Shown here piece by piece: positions 1 through 8,789 of a stretch of DNA of 64,000 nt. The notes under the pieces are model-generated. The model was not told where the DNA came from, made no database searches, and saw only the letters and a list, made by a program, of their open reading frames with translations. Each line of letters starts with the position of its first letter. Positions within the stretch are counted from its first letter, which is position 1. The stretch is taken from IMG/VR virus record IMGVR_UViG_3300042866_001263; one strand, 5' to 3'. This DNA is from a virus. Its lineage: Duplodnaviria > Caudoviricetes. The translations under genes and the position numbers were made by a program.

Positions 1-746
1 TGAAAAAAGTCATTACAACACTTGGGTTATTATTAACCTTTACTCTTCCAGTTAATGCAGAAAAAGTCATAAAGACTCAACCAACAGTTCCAGCATACAG
101 CCTTGCAGCGATGGGTTGTATGATACTGCTAGAATGCACAGAAGGAGTCGAACAACTTACATCAACATCTTCCATAATTTCTGGAAAAGAGTTTGATACT
201 TTTAGAGAAGAGATAAAATCAATTCTTGTCGGTCTTGATAAACTCGGCGTTCCAGTTTATGTTGCACCATCAAGATATTTTACTCCAAGAACAGTAGGAT
301 TATATAAACCAGAATACAATCGGTTCTTTGTAAATGAAGAATTACTCAAAGACCCTAGAGAGTTTCTAGGAACAATGAGACATGAAGGATGGCACGTTGT
401 TCAAGATTGTATGGGTGGTGGACTGAAAACCTCTTTCATGGCACAAGTTCACCAGGACGCAGAAATACCATCTTGGGTAATGAAAACTACACGACTTGCT
501 TATGAATCTATGGGCCAAAGTCGTGCTGTTCCTTGGGAAGCTGATGCAAATTGGGCAGAAGAACAATCAAATGTGACAGCACAGAAACTAGAAATGTGTG
601 CAAAAGGTCCATTGTGGGAACAGGTTCGTCCAACACCAATGACGATGGAATGGTTAATCGGTTGTGGATGGATGAAAGCACAGGAAGGATATAAAGAATA
701 CACACCAAATAAAAAATCAGATTATTGTGTAGAGGGAAAGTATTAA
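1..746 (+). CDS. Secreted zincin-like metallopeptidase (HExxH); true start lies at the window edge
   Basis: The frame is open upstream of the tracked 111 start, back to base 3, giving (M)KKVITTLGLLLTFTLPVNA, a signal peptide; the window begins TG of a probable ATG. Motif HEGWH plus downstream WEADA. Confidence 0.6.
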   Translation, partial: KKVITTLGLLLTFTLPVNAEKVIKTQPTVPAYSLAAMGCMILLECTEGVEQLTSTSSIISGKEFDTFREEIKSILVGLDKLGVPVYVAPSRYFTPRTVGLYKPEYNRFFVNEELLKDPREFLGTMRHEGWHVVQDCMGGGLKTSFMAQVHQDAEIPSWVMKTTRLAYESMGQSRAVPWEADANWAEEQSNVTAQKLEMCAKGPLWEQVRPTPMTMEWLIGCGWMKAQEGYKEYTPNKKSDYCVEGKY

Positions 747-747
747 C

Positions 748-756
748 ATAAATAAC
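748..756 (+). promoter_or_regulatory. T4-type late promoter (ATAAATA)
   Basis: cATAAATAa lies about 30 nt upstream of the 783 ORF. Confidence 0.55.
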
Positions 757-782
757 TTCAAAGAGGTTAATGAGTTTTTGAG

Positions 783-887
783 ATGTTGGATTTTTTTAAA
801 AAAACTTATAATAAAATAATCCAACATTTTGAAACTAAAAAACTCATTAAAGAACTTAAAAGAGAAGATCCTTTTATATACAAATAA
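783..887 (+). CDS. 34-aa micro-protein ending DPFIYK (copy 1), not in ORF track
   Basis: Hand translation MLDFFKKTYNKIIQHFETKKLIKELKREDPFIYK*; a paralogue lies at 16652-16756. Confidence 0.7.
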   Translation: MLDFFKKTYNKIIQHFETKKLIKELKREDPFIYK

Positions 888-895
888 ATTATATT

Positions 896-1759
896 ATGAT
901 TAATTTGAACACAATTGATTCTATAAGGAATAATGATCTTATTCCTTTTCCAAGCACATTTGTGCATAATTACGGAGAACCTGAAGTAATCCAGAGACCT
1001 TCCGTTGTAGGGTCTTGGGATTTCTATGGAATAGATACTTATGAGTTTTATAAAAAGAATTTAAAAAGACAACCTGAAGACTGGTACTATCGACATAATA
1101 AAATCAAGTACACTGTGAATACTTATGGATATAGAACAAAAGAATTTGAAGACATAGATTGGAAAAATTCAATCGTAATGTTTGGTTGTTCTCATGTATT
1201 TGGAACTGGAAATGATGATAGTCATACTATCCCTTACTTTTTAGAACAGAAGACTGGAATTCCAGTTATAAATCTTGGCGCTGGAGGATCTTCAATACAA
1301 TTCTGTCTTCATAACTCTTTAATGTTATATAAAAAATATGGAGTACCAAAATTAGTTATCTATTGTTGGACAGGAATTACTAGACATCTTATCTATCAAA
1401 AAGATTTTGTTTTGATGAATACAAAGTTTGAAGACATTTATGAACATCCACCAGAAGCAGTTGCAGCAGTTGAAGAATCAACTGGATCTGTTTTAAAACC
1501 TGTTAATGCACCAAAAGTTTTAGATCATTTGATTCCATTTAATATGGTAAATGTTGAGTTGATTAAAAATTTATGGGAGGATAAGTGTCCATTATATGAA
1601 TTTTCGACATTTCCAACAACATCAAAGTTATTAGGATGTGAGTTATATACTCCAATACCTAAAGATTATGGAAGAGATTTAGCTCATTATGGAAGACATT
1701 CCAATAAACTGTTCGCTGAAAAAATTTACAACCATTTAAAAAGTGAAAGACATTTATAA
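896..1759 (+). CDS. SGNH/GDSL-like hydrolase or acyltransferase
   Basis: Block I FGCSHVFG, block II NLGAGGSS, C-terminal DLAH. Confidence 0.6.
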   Translation: MINLNTIDSIRNNDLIPFPSTFVHNYGEPEVIQRPSVVGSWDFYGIDTYEFYKKNLKRQPEDWYYRHNKIKYTVNTYGYRTKEFEDIDWKNSIVMFGCSHVFGTGNDDSHTIPYFLEQKTGIPVINLGAGGSSIQFCLHNSLMLYKKYGVPKLVIYCWTGITRHLIYQKDFVLMNTKFEDIYEHPPEAVAAVEESTGSVLKPVNAPKVLDHLIPFNMVNVELIKNLWEDKCPLYEFSTFPTTSKLLGCELYTPIPKDYGRDLAHYGRHSNKLFAEKIYNHLKSERHL

Positions 1760-2459
1760 CCTAGATTGGGAAAAATATAATACTTCCGTATTCAATTCCA
1801 TATCTTATCAATATTATCCAAAAGAAGAATTGGATCTGCGTCCTGGGATGATGGTAGAACCTTTACTTGAATTGGAAGAGGAAAAAATAATCTATGTATC
1901 GATAGCTAAAAATGCTTCGACCTCGATTATAAATTCTTTAAATTTTACTCCAATAAAAATTCCTTTACAATTGGATTGTCCATTTTTAATAGACATTCCA
2001 GAAAAATATAGGAGTGGATATAAGTATTTTGTTGTTACTAGAGACCCAAAAGAAAGATGGATATCCGGAATAAATGAATTTTTAAATATCTATCACCATC
2101 AAGGAGTTGATTTCGATGGTGATAAGAAAGGATCTCGTAATAAGTTCTTAATGGAATTGAAAAATAATAAATTTATATTTGATGGACACACGGAACCACA
2201 AGTTTCGAGGATGAGATTTTGTTTTAAATATGATCTTGATATAACTTTTTTAAAGCTTGATGAAAATTTAAATGAAAAAATATCAGATATTTTAAAAAGA
2301 AAGATAACAATAACTCGTGATAATACATCTGAAAAATTTGAATTTAAATTAAAAAATTACAAATTCTGTCAAGATATTCTAAATGAGTATTGTATGAAAA
2401 ATAAACACTTCTTGGATTTGTATGAAATGGATTTTTATCTATATAATCATTCTTCCTAA
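1743..2459 (+). CDS. Sulfotransferase (Sulfotransfer_2-like)
   Basis: 5'-PSB-like YVSIAKNASTSI, 3'-PB-like VTRDPKERWISG, and DGHTEPQ. Confidence 0.7.
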   Translation: MKDIYNLDWEKYNTSVFNSISYQYYPKEELDLRPGMMVEPLLELEEEKIIYVSIAKNASTSIINSLNFTPIKIPLQLDCPFLIDIPEKYRSGYKYFVVTRDPKERWISGINEFLNIYHHQGVDFDGDKKGSRNKFLMELKNNKFIFDGHTEPQVSRMRFCFKYDLDITFLKLDENLNEKISDILKRKITITRDNTSEKFEFKLKNYKFCQDILNEYCMKNKHFLDLYEMDFYLYNHSS

Positions 2460-2488
2460 AATCATAAATATTTTGATGAAATAAAATT

Positions 2489-4036
2489 ATGGATAAATCG
2501 AAGGTAATAGACAGAACGGTTATCAATAAAGATATAACATTTTACGATATTACTGAAGAAGGAAAACTTATAAAGTATTCTTATAAAGAATTTGAAAGGT
2601 TAGTAGATCAAATAAAGAATTATTTTCTTTCTAACTACGAAATAAAATTAGGAGAAACTGTTTTAATTGGTTATTACGGAACTTGTTTACGTAAAGTAGC
2701 CAGTGTTTTTGCTTGTCTAGAATTAGGACTTTCCATTTCAATAATTGATTACAACATTACAGTAATCTCACCAGAATCTGCTACTAAAACTAAACTATTA
2801 TCTCCCATACATTATTTTATTTGTGAGGATGATGTGATTGCAAAAAATCATCCTAGGAGTAAGTTTGCTGTTCTTACTAGACATTGTTTAAACACGATTT
2901 ATTTTACAAATATAAAAAAACATCAGTACAATGAAAATATAAATTATGATATAAAAATTGATCCAAAATCAATTGCAATGAGATGTACATCCAGTGGAAC
3001 TACTGGAACTCCAAAGATTATAGAACATAGTCATGATTTTTTGTTTGATGTTTGTCAAAGAAACTCTAAAATGTTCTATGGAAATGTCGTAAATGAAAAA
3101 TGTTTGGGTCATGGTAGCGGTCCAGCTACATATTTTATTCCAACATTGATGTCAAAAGAAGTAAAAAATGTATTCAATTATTGGGGAGATTGTTCTGATT
3201 TCAATGATCAAAAATATTTCATGAGAAATAAAAACATTTTTGATCACATTATGATTCCATATACTTATGATATTGATGGATATTTGTCTGGAATTGATCC
3301 TGAGAATCCTCCATCAAAGACAACAATTTACACTCTATCTACAATTAAAAAAGAATGGATATCTTTTGTAAAAGAAAACAAAATAAAAAATATTATAAGT
3401 TTATTTGGAACTTCGGAAACTAGTGGACCAATATTCATAAATCAAGCAAGTGATAAAAATTTTGTTCAGAACAAATTTAATTTAATAGACGATTATTATA
3501 AAATTTCTTTTGCTGAAAGAAATCTTTTGGAAGTAAATATTCCAATTTATAATCAAAAAGTTTGCACAAATGATCAATTCATAATTAATTCAGATGGATT
3601 TTATCATAATGGCAGAGCGGATTTAATACGAATAAATGATCATGTTGTGGATGTAAATAGTTACAATGAGATATTAAAAGTATTTAAACCTATCATAGAT
3701 TCCAAATTTGTATACGATCCTGCAGTAAATGAAATATACTTAGCTATATGGAAAACTTCTATAGTAGGAAATTCTGAAGAAACTGGAAAATCTAATTTAG
3801 ATATTTTGATAAGGATTATCAATAATAATATAGGAAATGTTTGTTTGGTTCATCATATAAGTAAATATGAAATTTTAGATCCTAAGTTATTTTTTACCGG
3901 AGTTAAAATAGATGATCAATTGTTACGAGACTATTTTAGATCCCATGTAGAGATAAAATCCAATCCTTCAACATTTATTTTGGAACATAAAGAACAATAT
4001 TTAAGAAAATTTGAAGGGTTGGACTTAGATCCATAA
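2489..4036 (+). CDS. Stand-alone adenylate-forming (ANL/AMP-binding) enzyme
   Basis: Core motifs TSSGTTGTPK (A3), FGTSE (A5), TND (A7), GRADLIRIN (A8), GVKID (A10). Confidence 0.75.
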   Translation: MDKSKVIDRTVINKDITFYDITEEGKLIKYSYKEFERLVDQIKNYFLSNYEIKLGETVLIGYYGTCLRKVASVFACLELGLSISIIDYNITVISPESATKTKLLSPIHYFICEDDVIAKNHPRSKFAVLTRHCLNTIYFTNIKKHQYNENINYDIKIDPKSIAMRCTSSGTTGTPKIIEHSHDFLFDVCQRNSKMFYGNVVNEKCLGHGSGPATYFIPTLMSKEVKNVFNYWGDCSDFNDQKYFMRNKNIFDHIMIPYTYDIDGYLSGIDPENPPSKTTIYTLSTIKKEWISFVKENKIKNIISLFGTSETSGPIFINQASDKNFVQNKFNLIDDYYKISFAERNLLEVNIPIYNQKVCTNDQFIINSDGFYHNGRADLIRINDHVVDVNSYNEILKVFKPIIDSKFVYDPAVNEIYLAIWKTSIVGNSEETGKSNLDILIRIINNNIGNVCLVHHISKYEILDPKLFFTGVKIDDQLLRDYFRSHVEIKSNPSTFILEHKEQYLRKFEGLDLDP

Positions 4037-4048
4037 CAACTTAAAAAA

Positions 4049-4324
4049 ATGCATTTACAGATAATGACTAAATTTAACATAGTAAAAAAAAGTTTGATTC
4101 ATTTGGAGTCTAGTAAAGAAACTTATACAAGTCATTTATTATGGGCTTCTTATGCTGGATTTAAAATGATCTTTGTTGGTATTTCCAGTGTGATTCATGG
4201 AATTGTTCCGGCTTTATTCACAGGCACAGCAGCAAGAATGGTCATAGATTTTTATCACCAGAGATTGGTTAATCACCCAAATAAAGAATATGCAGATTAC
4301 ATTGCCAAACAATCGCATATATAA
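4049..4324 (+). CDS. Small membrane protein, DUF6356-like
   Basis: H..ETY..HL pattern, hydrophobic stretch, IHGIVPALF. Confidence 0.55.
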   Translation: MHLQIMTKFNIVKKSLIHLESSKETYTSHLLWASYAGFKMIFVGISSVIHGIVPALFTGTAARMVIDFYHQRLVNHPNKEYADYIAKQSHI

Positions 4325-4367
4325 GTAGAATAATGATACTATCTGAACTTTATTAATAAAATTAGTT

Positions 4368-5705
4368 ATGAGTATAAAATCCAGTAAAACTTTTTGTATG
4401 GCTCCTTGGGTTCATATGAATATAGGACCAAACGGAGATGTTTATCCCTGTTGCATGATGCCTATATGTGGAACAGAGGGAATTGATGAGGACACAAAAG
4501 AAACAACTGATTCAACTGATGAAACAAAAGAAGATGATAAACAATTAATAAATCCTTTGGAGATTGTTGCTACCGAATGTGCTGGTACTCCTAGAGATTT
4601 TAAAATGGGTTCTCTAATGAATGAATCTCTTAAAGAGATTTGGAACAACGAAAAAATGAGAGAACTTCGTAAAAACATGATGGAGGGAAAAGAATCTAGT
4701 TATTGCACATCATGTTACAAAGAAGAAGAAATAGGTCATGGTTCTTTACGATGCAGTATGAATCAGACTTATGCAGAACATTATAAGTATGTTTCAGAAA
4801 CAAAAGAAGATGGAACCTTTGAAAGATTTAATCTTGTCTATTGGGATTTTAGATTAAATAATGTCTGTAATTTTAAATGCAGAATGTGCAGTCCCGGATA
4901 CAGTAGTGCTTGGGAACGTGAAATGCGGAAGGAATTTAATATAGAAGGAGAATACCCAAAAATTGATGTAGATATGGTTCACCAAGATATTGAACCGTTG
5001 TATGATATTGTAGAAGAAGTTTACTTCGCCGGCGGAGAACCTTTAATCACAGACCATCATTATAAAATTCTACGCAAGTTAATTGAAAAAAATAGAAATA
5101 CATCTGTCAGATTATCATATAATACTAATTTTAGTACCTTAAAGTACAAGGATGATAATGTTCTTGAACTATGGAAAAAGTTTCCAAATCTATATTTGTC
5201 TGTAAGTTTTGATGGTACTGGTAAGAAGGGAGAATTAATTCGAAAAGGATTCGATTGGCAAAAGTTCCTAGATAATTTCAAACAATTTAGAAGTAAGTTC
5301 CCCCATACAAACGTAAAGATTAACTATGTCTTTCAAGCCATAAATTGTTTCCATACTATGGATGCCCATAAAGAACTTTATATGAGAGGTATCATTAATA
5401 GTTGGGATGATTTTTCTTTGTGCATATTGCACAATCCCGATTACATGTCAGTTTTAATTCATGATCTTGAATCTAGACGTTTATTGGCTCAAAAAATTAA
5501 ATATCATATAGAAAATTATCTCGTGCCTGCAAAAGCTAAAGAATCAATTAAACAATACATGTCAGTTCTCAAACTTTTGTCCGGTGAAGAAAGAAAAGAT
5601 CTTGTTCCGTATTTTAAATCTTATATGTCTGCACTTGATTGTATAAGAAATGAAAATTCTTTAGAAGTTTTTCCTGAGTTAGAGGGGATTTTAGGAGATG
5701 ATTAA
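4368..5705 (+). CDS. Radical SAM protein with N-terminal SPASM/twitch domain
   Basis: FCMAPW..GDVYPCC..CTSC; CNFKCRMC (CxxxCxxC); YFAGGEP. Confidence 0.85.
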   Translation: MSIKSSKTFCMAPWVHMNIGPNGDVYPCCMMPICGTEGIDEDTKETTDSTDETKEDDKQLINPLEIVATECAGTPRDFKMGSLMNESLKEIWNNEKMRELRKNMMEGKESSYCTSCYKEEEIGHGSLRCSMNQTYAEHYKYVSETKEDGTFERFNLVYWDFRLNNVCNFKCRMCSPGYSSAWEREMRKEFNIEGEYPKIDVDMVHQDIEPLYDIVEEVYFAGGEPLITDHHYKILRKLIEKNRNTSVRLSYNTNFSTLKYKDDNVLELWKKFPNLYLSVSFDGTGKKGELIRKGFDWQKFLDNFKQFRSKFPHTNVKINYVFQAINCFHTMDAHKELYMRGIINSWDDFSLCILHNPDYMSVLIHDLESRRLLAQKIKYHIENYLVPAKAKESIKQYMSVLKLLSGEERKDLVPYFKSYMSALDCIRNENSLEVFPELEGILGDD

Positions 5706-6942
5706 TAAAAATAAAGTCAATGTAAACGGAAAAATTTTTTGTGTTGCACCTTGGTTAGCTTTAGATATTCGACAGGATGGAGAAGTAAAACCATGTTGTG
5801 TCTCTGAATACACTTATGGTGACATTAAGGAAAAACCTTTATGGGAAATTTGGAACGATGAACCAATAAGAAAACTTCGAGAAAATATGTTAAATGATGT
5901 ACCTAGCGAACATTGTCAGGTATGTTATAACAATCAAGCAGCTGGAAAAAGTTCATTAAGAGAAGATTTCATTGGTGATTTATTTTCACAATATAAAAAA
6001 TTAATATATGGAACGAATGATGATTATACAGTAAGTCAACCTACTTTCGTTTGGTGGGATTTGAAATTAAGTAATAAATGCAATTTCAAATGTAGAATGT
6101 GTAGTTGGACTTCAAGTTCCAGTTTTGAGTTAGAACAGAATGGAAAAATTTCTGGGAGATGGAATGCTTCTGAAAAAACGTATGAAGAAGTCGAACAATA
6201 TCTCGGAATGGTTAATCACTTATATTTTTCTGGAGGTGAGTCTTTAATTATAGACGAACATTGGAAAATACTTGATAAACTAATTGAACTTGGTAGAAAT
6301 AATAAGGTTAGTTTGGCATACAATAGTAATTTTAGTAATCTTGTTTATAAAGGCAGACATATCTTTGATATGTGGGATCAATTCAACGAAGATCTGCAAG
6401 TTCACATCAGCGTTGATGGTATTGGTGCGAGAGGGGAATTAATTAGAAAAGGATTTAAATGGGATAGATTTGTTTCTCATGCACAACAATTTAGAGAAAG
6501 ATTTAAAGACAAAGAAGAGACTCACCAATTACACTTTGATTGTACAGTTCAAGCATTAAATATTTTTGAAGTTGTTAAACTTCACCAATATCTTTATACT
6601 AGTGGATTGATGAAAGACATCGATTTCTTCTTTCTAAATTTTATGCAAAATCCAAGAGAAATGTCAGTTTGGATTTTGGATAAACAGACAAAAGAAGCTG
6701 CAAAAGCAAACATAAGAGATCATATAGATAATTTTTTAATTCCTAATAAGTCCAGTAGATCAGTAATCTTCTATGAAAGTCTAATAAAATATATTGATTT
6801 GTATCAGGAACAACATTTGATCCCAGATTTCTTGAGATCAATGCGAAAGTTTGATAAATTACGAAATGAAAGTACTATTCAAACATTTCCAGAGTTTCAA
6901 AGGATCTGGAATGTCATTAAGACTAAACCTAAAACTTTATAA
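5698..6942 (+). CDS. Second radical SAM/SPASM-twitch paralogue
   Basis: FCVAPW..VKPCC..CQVC; CNFKCRMC; YFSGGES. Confidence 0.85.
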   Translation: MINKNKVNVNGKIFCVAPWLALDIRQDGEVKPCCVSEYTYGDIKEKPLWEIWNDEPIRKLRENMLNDVPSEHCQVCYNNQAAGKSSLREDFIGDLFSQYKKLIYGTNDDYTVSQPTFVWWDLKLSNKCNFKCRMCSWTSSSSFELEQNGKISGRWNASEKTYEEVEQYLGMVNHLYFSGGESLIIDEHWKILDKLIELGRNNKVSLAYNSNFSNLVYKGRHIFDMWDQFNEDLQVHISVDGIGARGELIRKGFKWDRFVSHAQQFRERFKDKEETHQLHFDCTVQALNIFEVVKLHQYLYTSGLMKDIDFFFLNFMQNPREMSVWILDKQTKEAAKANIRDHIDNFLIPNKSSRSVIFYESLIKYIDLYQEQHLIPDFLRSMRKFDKLRNESTIQTFPEFQRIWNVIKTKPKTL

Positions 6943-6944
6943 AA

Positions 6945-7094
6945 ATGACGCAAACAATCTCGGATAAAAAGGAAAAGGAACACAAAGAAGAAAGAAAGGA
7001 CAATATCTTTCTAGAAATTCTTTCTAATATTTTTATTCAACTTCCAGTTATAGCTATTGGGTGGATTATCTCACAGTTTACTTCAGAAGGATAA
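6945..7094 (+). CDS. 49-aa membrane micro-protein (cassette copy 1), not in track
   Basis: MTQTISDKKEKEHKEERKDNIFLEILSNIFIQLPVIAIGWIISQFTSEG; paralogue at 32293-32424. Confidence 0.6.
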   Translation: MTQTISDKKEKEHKEERKDNIFLEILSNIFIQLPVIAIGWIISQFTSEG

Positions 7095-7949
7095 TCTAGC
7101 TGATAATTTCTTAGCAATTTTTTTAGCAGGGGCAAAGAGAGACTTAAATCTTTCTTTGCCTTCTTTTGTAAACTTATCTTTGATAACATCATCAATAATG
7201 ATTTTATTATCAATCTCATAGAGAGAATTGATTTCAACTTGATCACGAATGTATTGTTCTACATTAGTTACTTGTTCTACTAAACGAGTTCCTTCTGCAG
7301 AATATTCAAAAACATCTATATGTCCACCTTCTGCCATAACATAATGCAGAACTGGTTTGACTTGTTTAATTTTAATTTTAAATTTATTTTTAGTTGCTTC
7401 CTTAATGATTGGTTCTGCTGCGTTTTTCAGGGCATTCAGAACAGTTGTTGATGCTATAGTAGCAGCAGTGGTAACTACTGCTACAGCACCAGCCGTAGCA
7501 ACAAGAGAAGGATCAGGTAAATTAATATCGATTCCACCGACAGTAAAGGTTGGAGTAGTAGGTTTATCTGCTGGTATCTCAGCAACTGGAACTTGGACAG
7601 AGGGGGTCTGAGTAACTTGAGGCAGTTGAGGTGGAGGGGTTGAATCCGGAAGTCCTCTATTTTTTGCTGCGTCTTCTTGTGCCTGTTTTTCTTTATCCGC
7701 TCTCACAGCAGCATCAAACTCTTCCTGTGTAGGAACATTGATGACTGGATACTTAATGGAAGTATCTGGCATTTCAAATACGGGAAGTGCCATTCCACGA
7801 ACAATTGGAACTTCTACGCTACGAAGTACTGGCTGTTCTATTGTTGAAATGACACTTGGACCATCAATACCAATTTTTGGTATTACCTTAGAATTATTTG
7901 GTATGTTGGCAATTCCATTGGTATTATTTATTGGCGGTATTGGATCCAT
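7083..7949 (-). CDS. Pro-rich single-TM protein (cassette copy 1)
   Basis: Pro-rich N-half, TM SLVATAGAVAVVTTAATIA; paralogue 32416-33282. Confidence 0.7.
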   Translation of the reverse strand: MDPIPPINNTNGIANIPNNSKVIPKIGIDGPSVISTIEQPVLRSVEVPIVRGMALPVFEMPDTSIKYPVINVPTQEEFDAAVRADKEKQAQEDAAKNRGLPDSTPPPQLPQVTQTPSVQVPVAEIPADKPTTPTFTVGGIDINLPDPSLVATAGAVAVVTTAATIASTTVLNALKNAAEPIIKEATKNKFKIKIKQVKPVLHYVMAEGGHIDVFEYSAEGTRLVEQVTNVEQYIRDQVEINSLYEIDNKIIIDDVIKDKFTKEGKERFKSLFAPAKKIAKKLSARLSF

Positions 7950-8493
7950 TTGGATACCTCACAACTATATCGGCACAGATTCTGTAGTATGGACTTTCTG
8001 GGTGAAATGTAATACCAGATTTGATTGCTTCGCCACACTTTAATAGTCTGACTAATTCAAAATCAAGTCTTGCTTTGTCTGCTTCTGCATTTTGTCGTTT
8101 GATTTCAGAACGGGCTCTTTCCTTACAGAGTTCGGTTAGTCCTCCATCTAAAGGAAAGTTGAAACCCATACTTACACCAGCGTTACCATTATGTGATTGA
8201 AATGTTGATGGGTCTTGACTGCCATTCATACTCCCCAATACAAAGGGAGAAAAACTCATGGTTGGTCCTTGGCAACTAACTCCTCCGCCGTAGGTATTGA
8301 CTGCATACGGTCCTTGTAAGACTTGGACAGCTTGGTTAGTAACATTACCTGTAGCGGAAGCAGAAGGGCCAGCGATATTAGTATTACTAGGAGCAGATTG
8401 AGAATAAGCCGCACCATGACATAATACTCCTATTGCGTAAAGACAGATATAGATGTAGTTGTTGATTGTGTTTCTGTGCTTCGATCTATCCAT
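7924..8493 (-). CDS. Exported beta-strand plus coiled-coil protein (cassette copy 1)
   Basis: Signal-like N-terminus, GNVTNQAVQVLQGP, ARLDFELVRLLKCGE; paralogue 33257-33826. Confidence 0.7.
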   Translation of the reverse strand: MDRSKHRNTINNYIYICLYAIGVLCHGAAYSQSAPSNTNIAGPSASATGNVTNQAVQVLQGPYAVNTYGGGVSCQGPTMSFSPFVLGSMNGSQDPSTFQSHNGNAGVSMGFNFPLDGGLTELCKERARSEIKRQNAEADKARLDFELVRLLKCGEAIKSGITFHPESPYYRICADIVVRYPNGSNTANK

Positions 8494-8789
8494 GTTTCTT
8501 TAGCCACTCCAGGTCCGAGATAAGTCTCACTAAACTGGAAAGGGGCACCTTGATTCATAATACTGTAATTTGCTCCTTGTTGAGGAGTGCCAGGAATGTT
8601 AATATTAGTTCCAGTCACAGTGTATGATGTGCCAGTTGTATATTCAACTTGGCGAATTGTTTCTATAACTTTTGTAGTTGATTCGGTTGTCGCGTTGATT
8701 GTACCCCTAGTAAAATTAGGTACAACACTTTCCGCTAGGGCAGGACAAGAAAACCCTAGCAGGAGAAGTCCCGCTAGGATATGTCTCAT
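8430..8789 (-). CDS. Secreted Thr-rich protein (cassette copy 1)
   Basis: Signal peptide ending PALA-ESVVPNFTRG; near-identical paralogue 33763-34122. Confidence 0.75.
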   Translation of the reverse strand: MRHILAGLLLLGFSCPALAESVVPNFTRGTINATTESTTKVIETIRQVEYTTGTSYTVTGTNINIPGTPQQGANYSIMNQGAPFQFSETYLGPGVAKETWIDRSTETQSTTTSISVFTQ

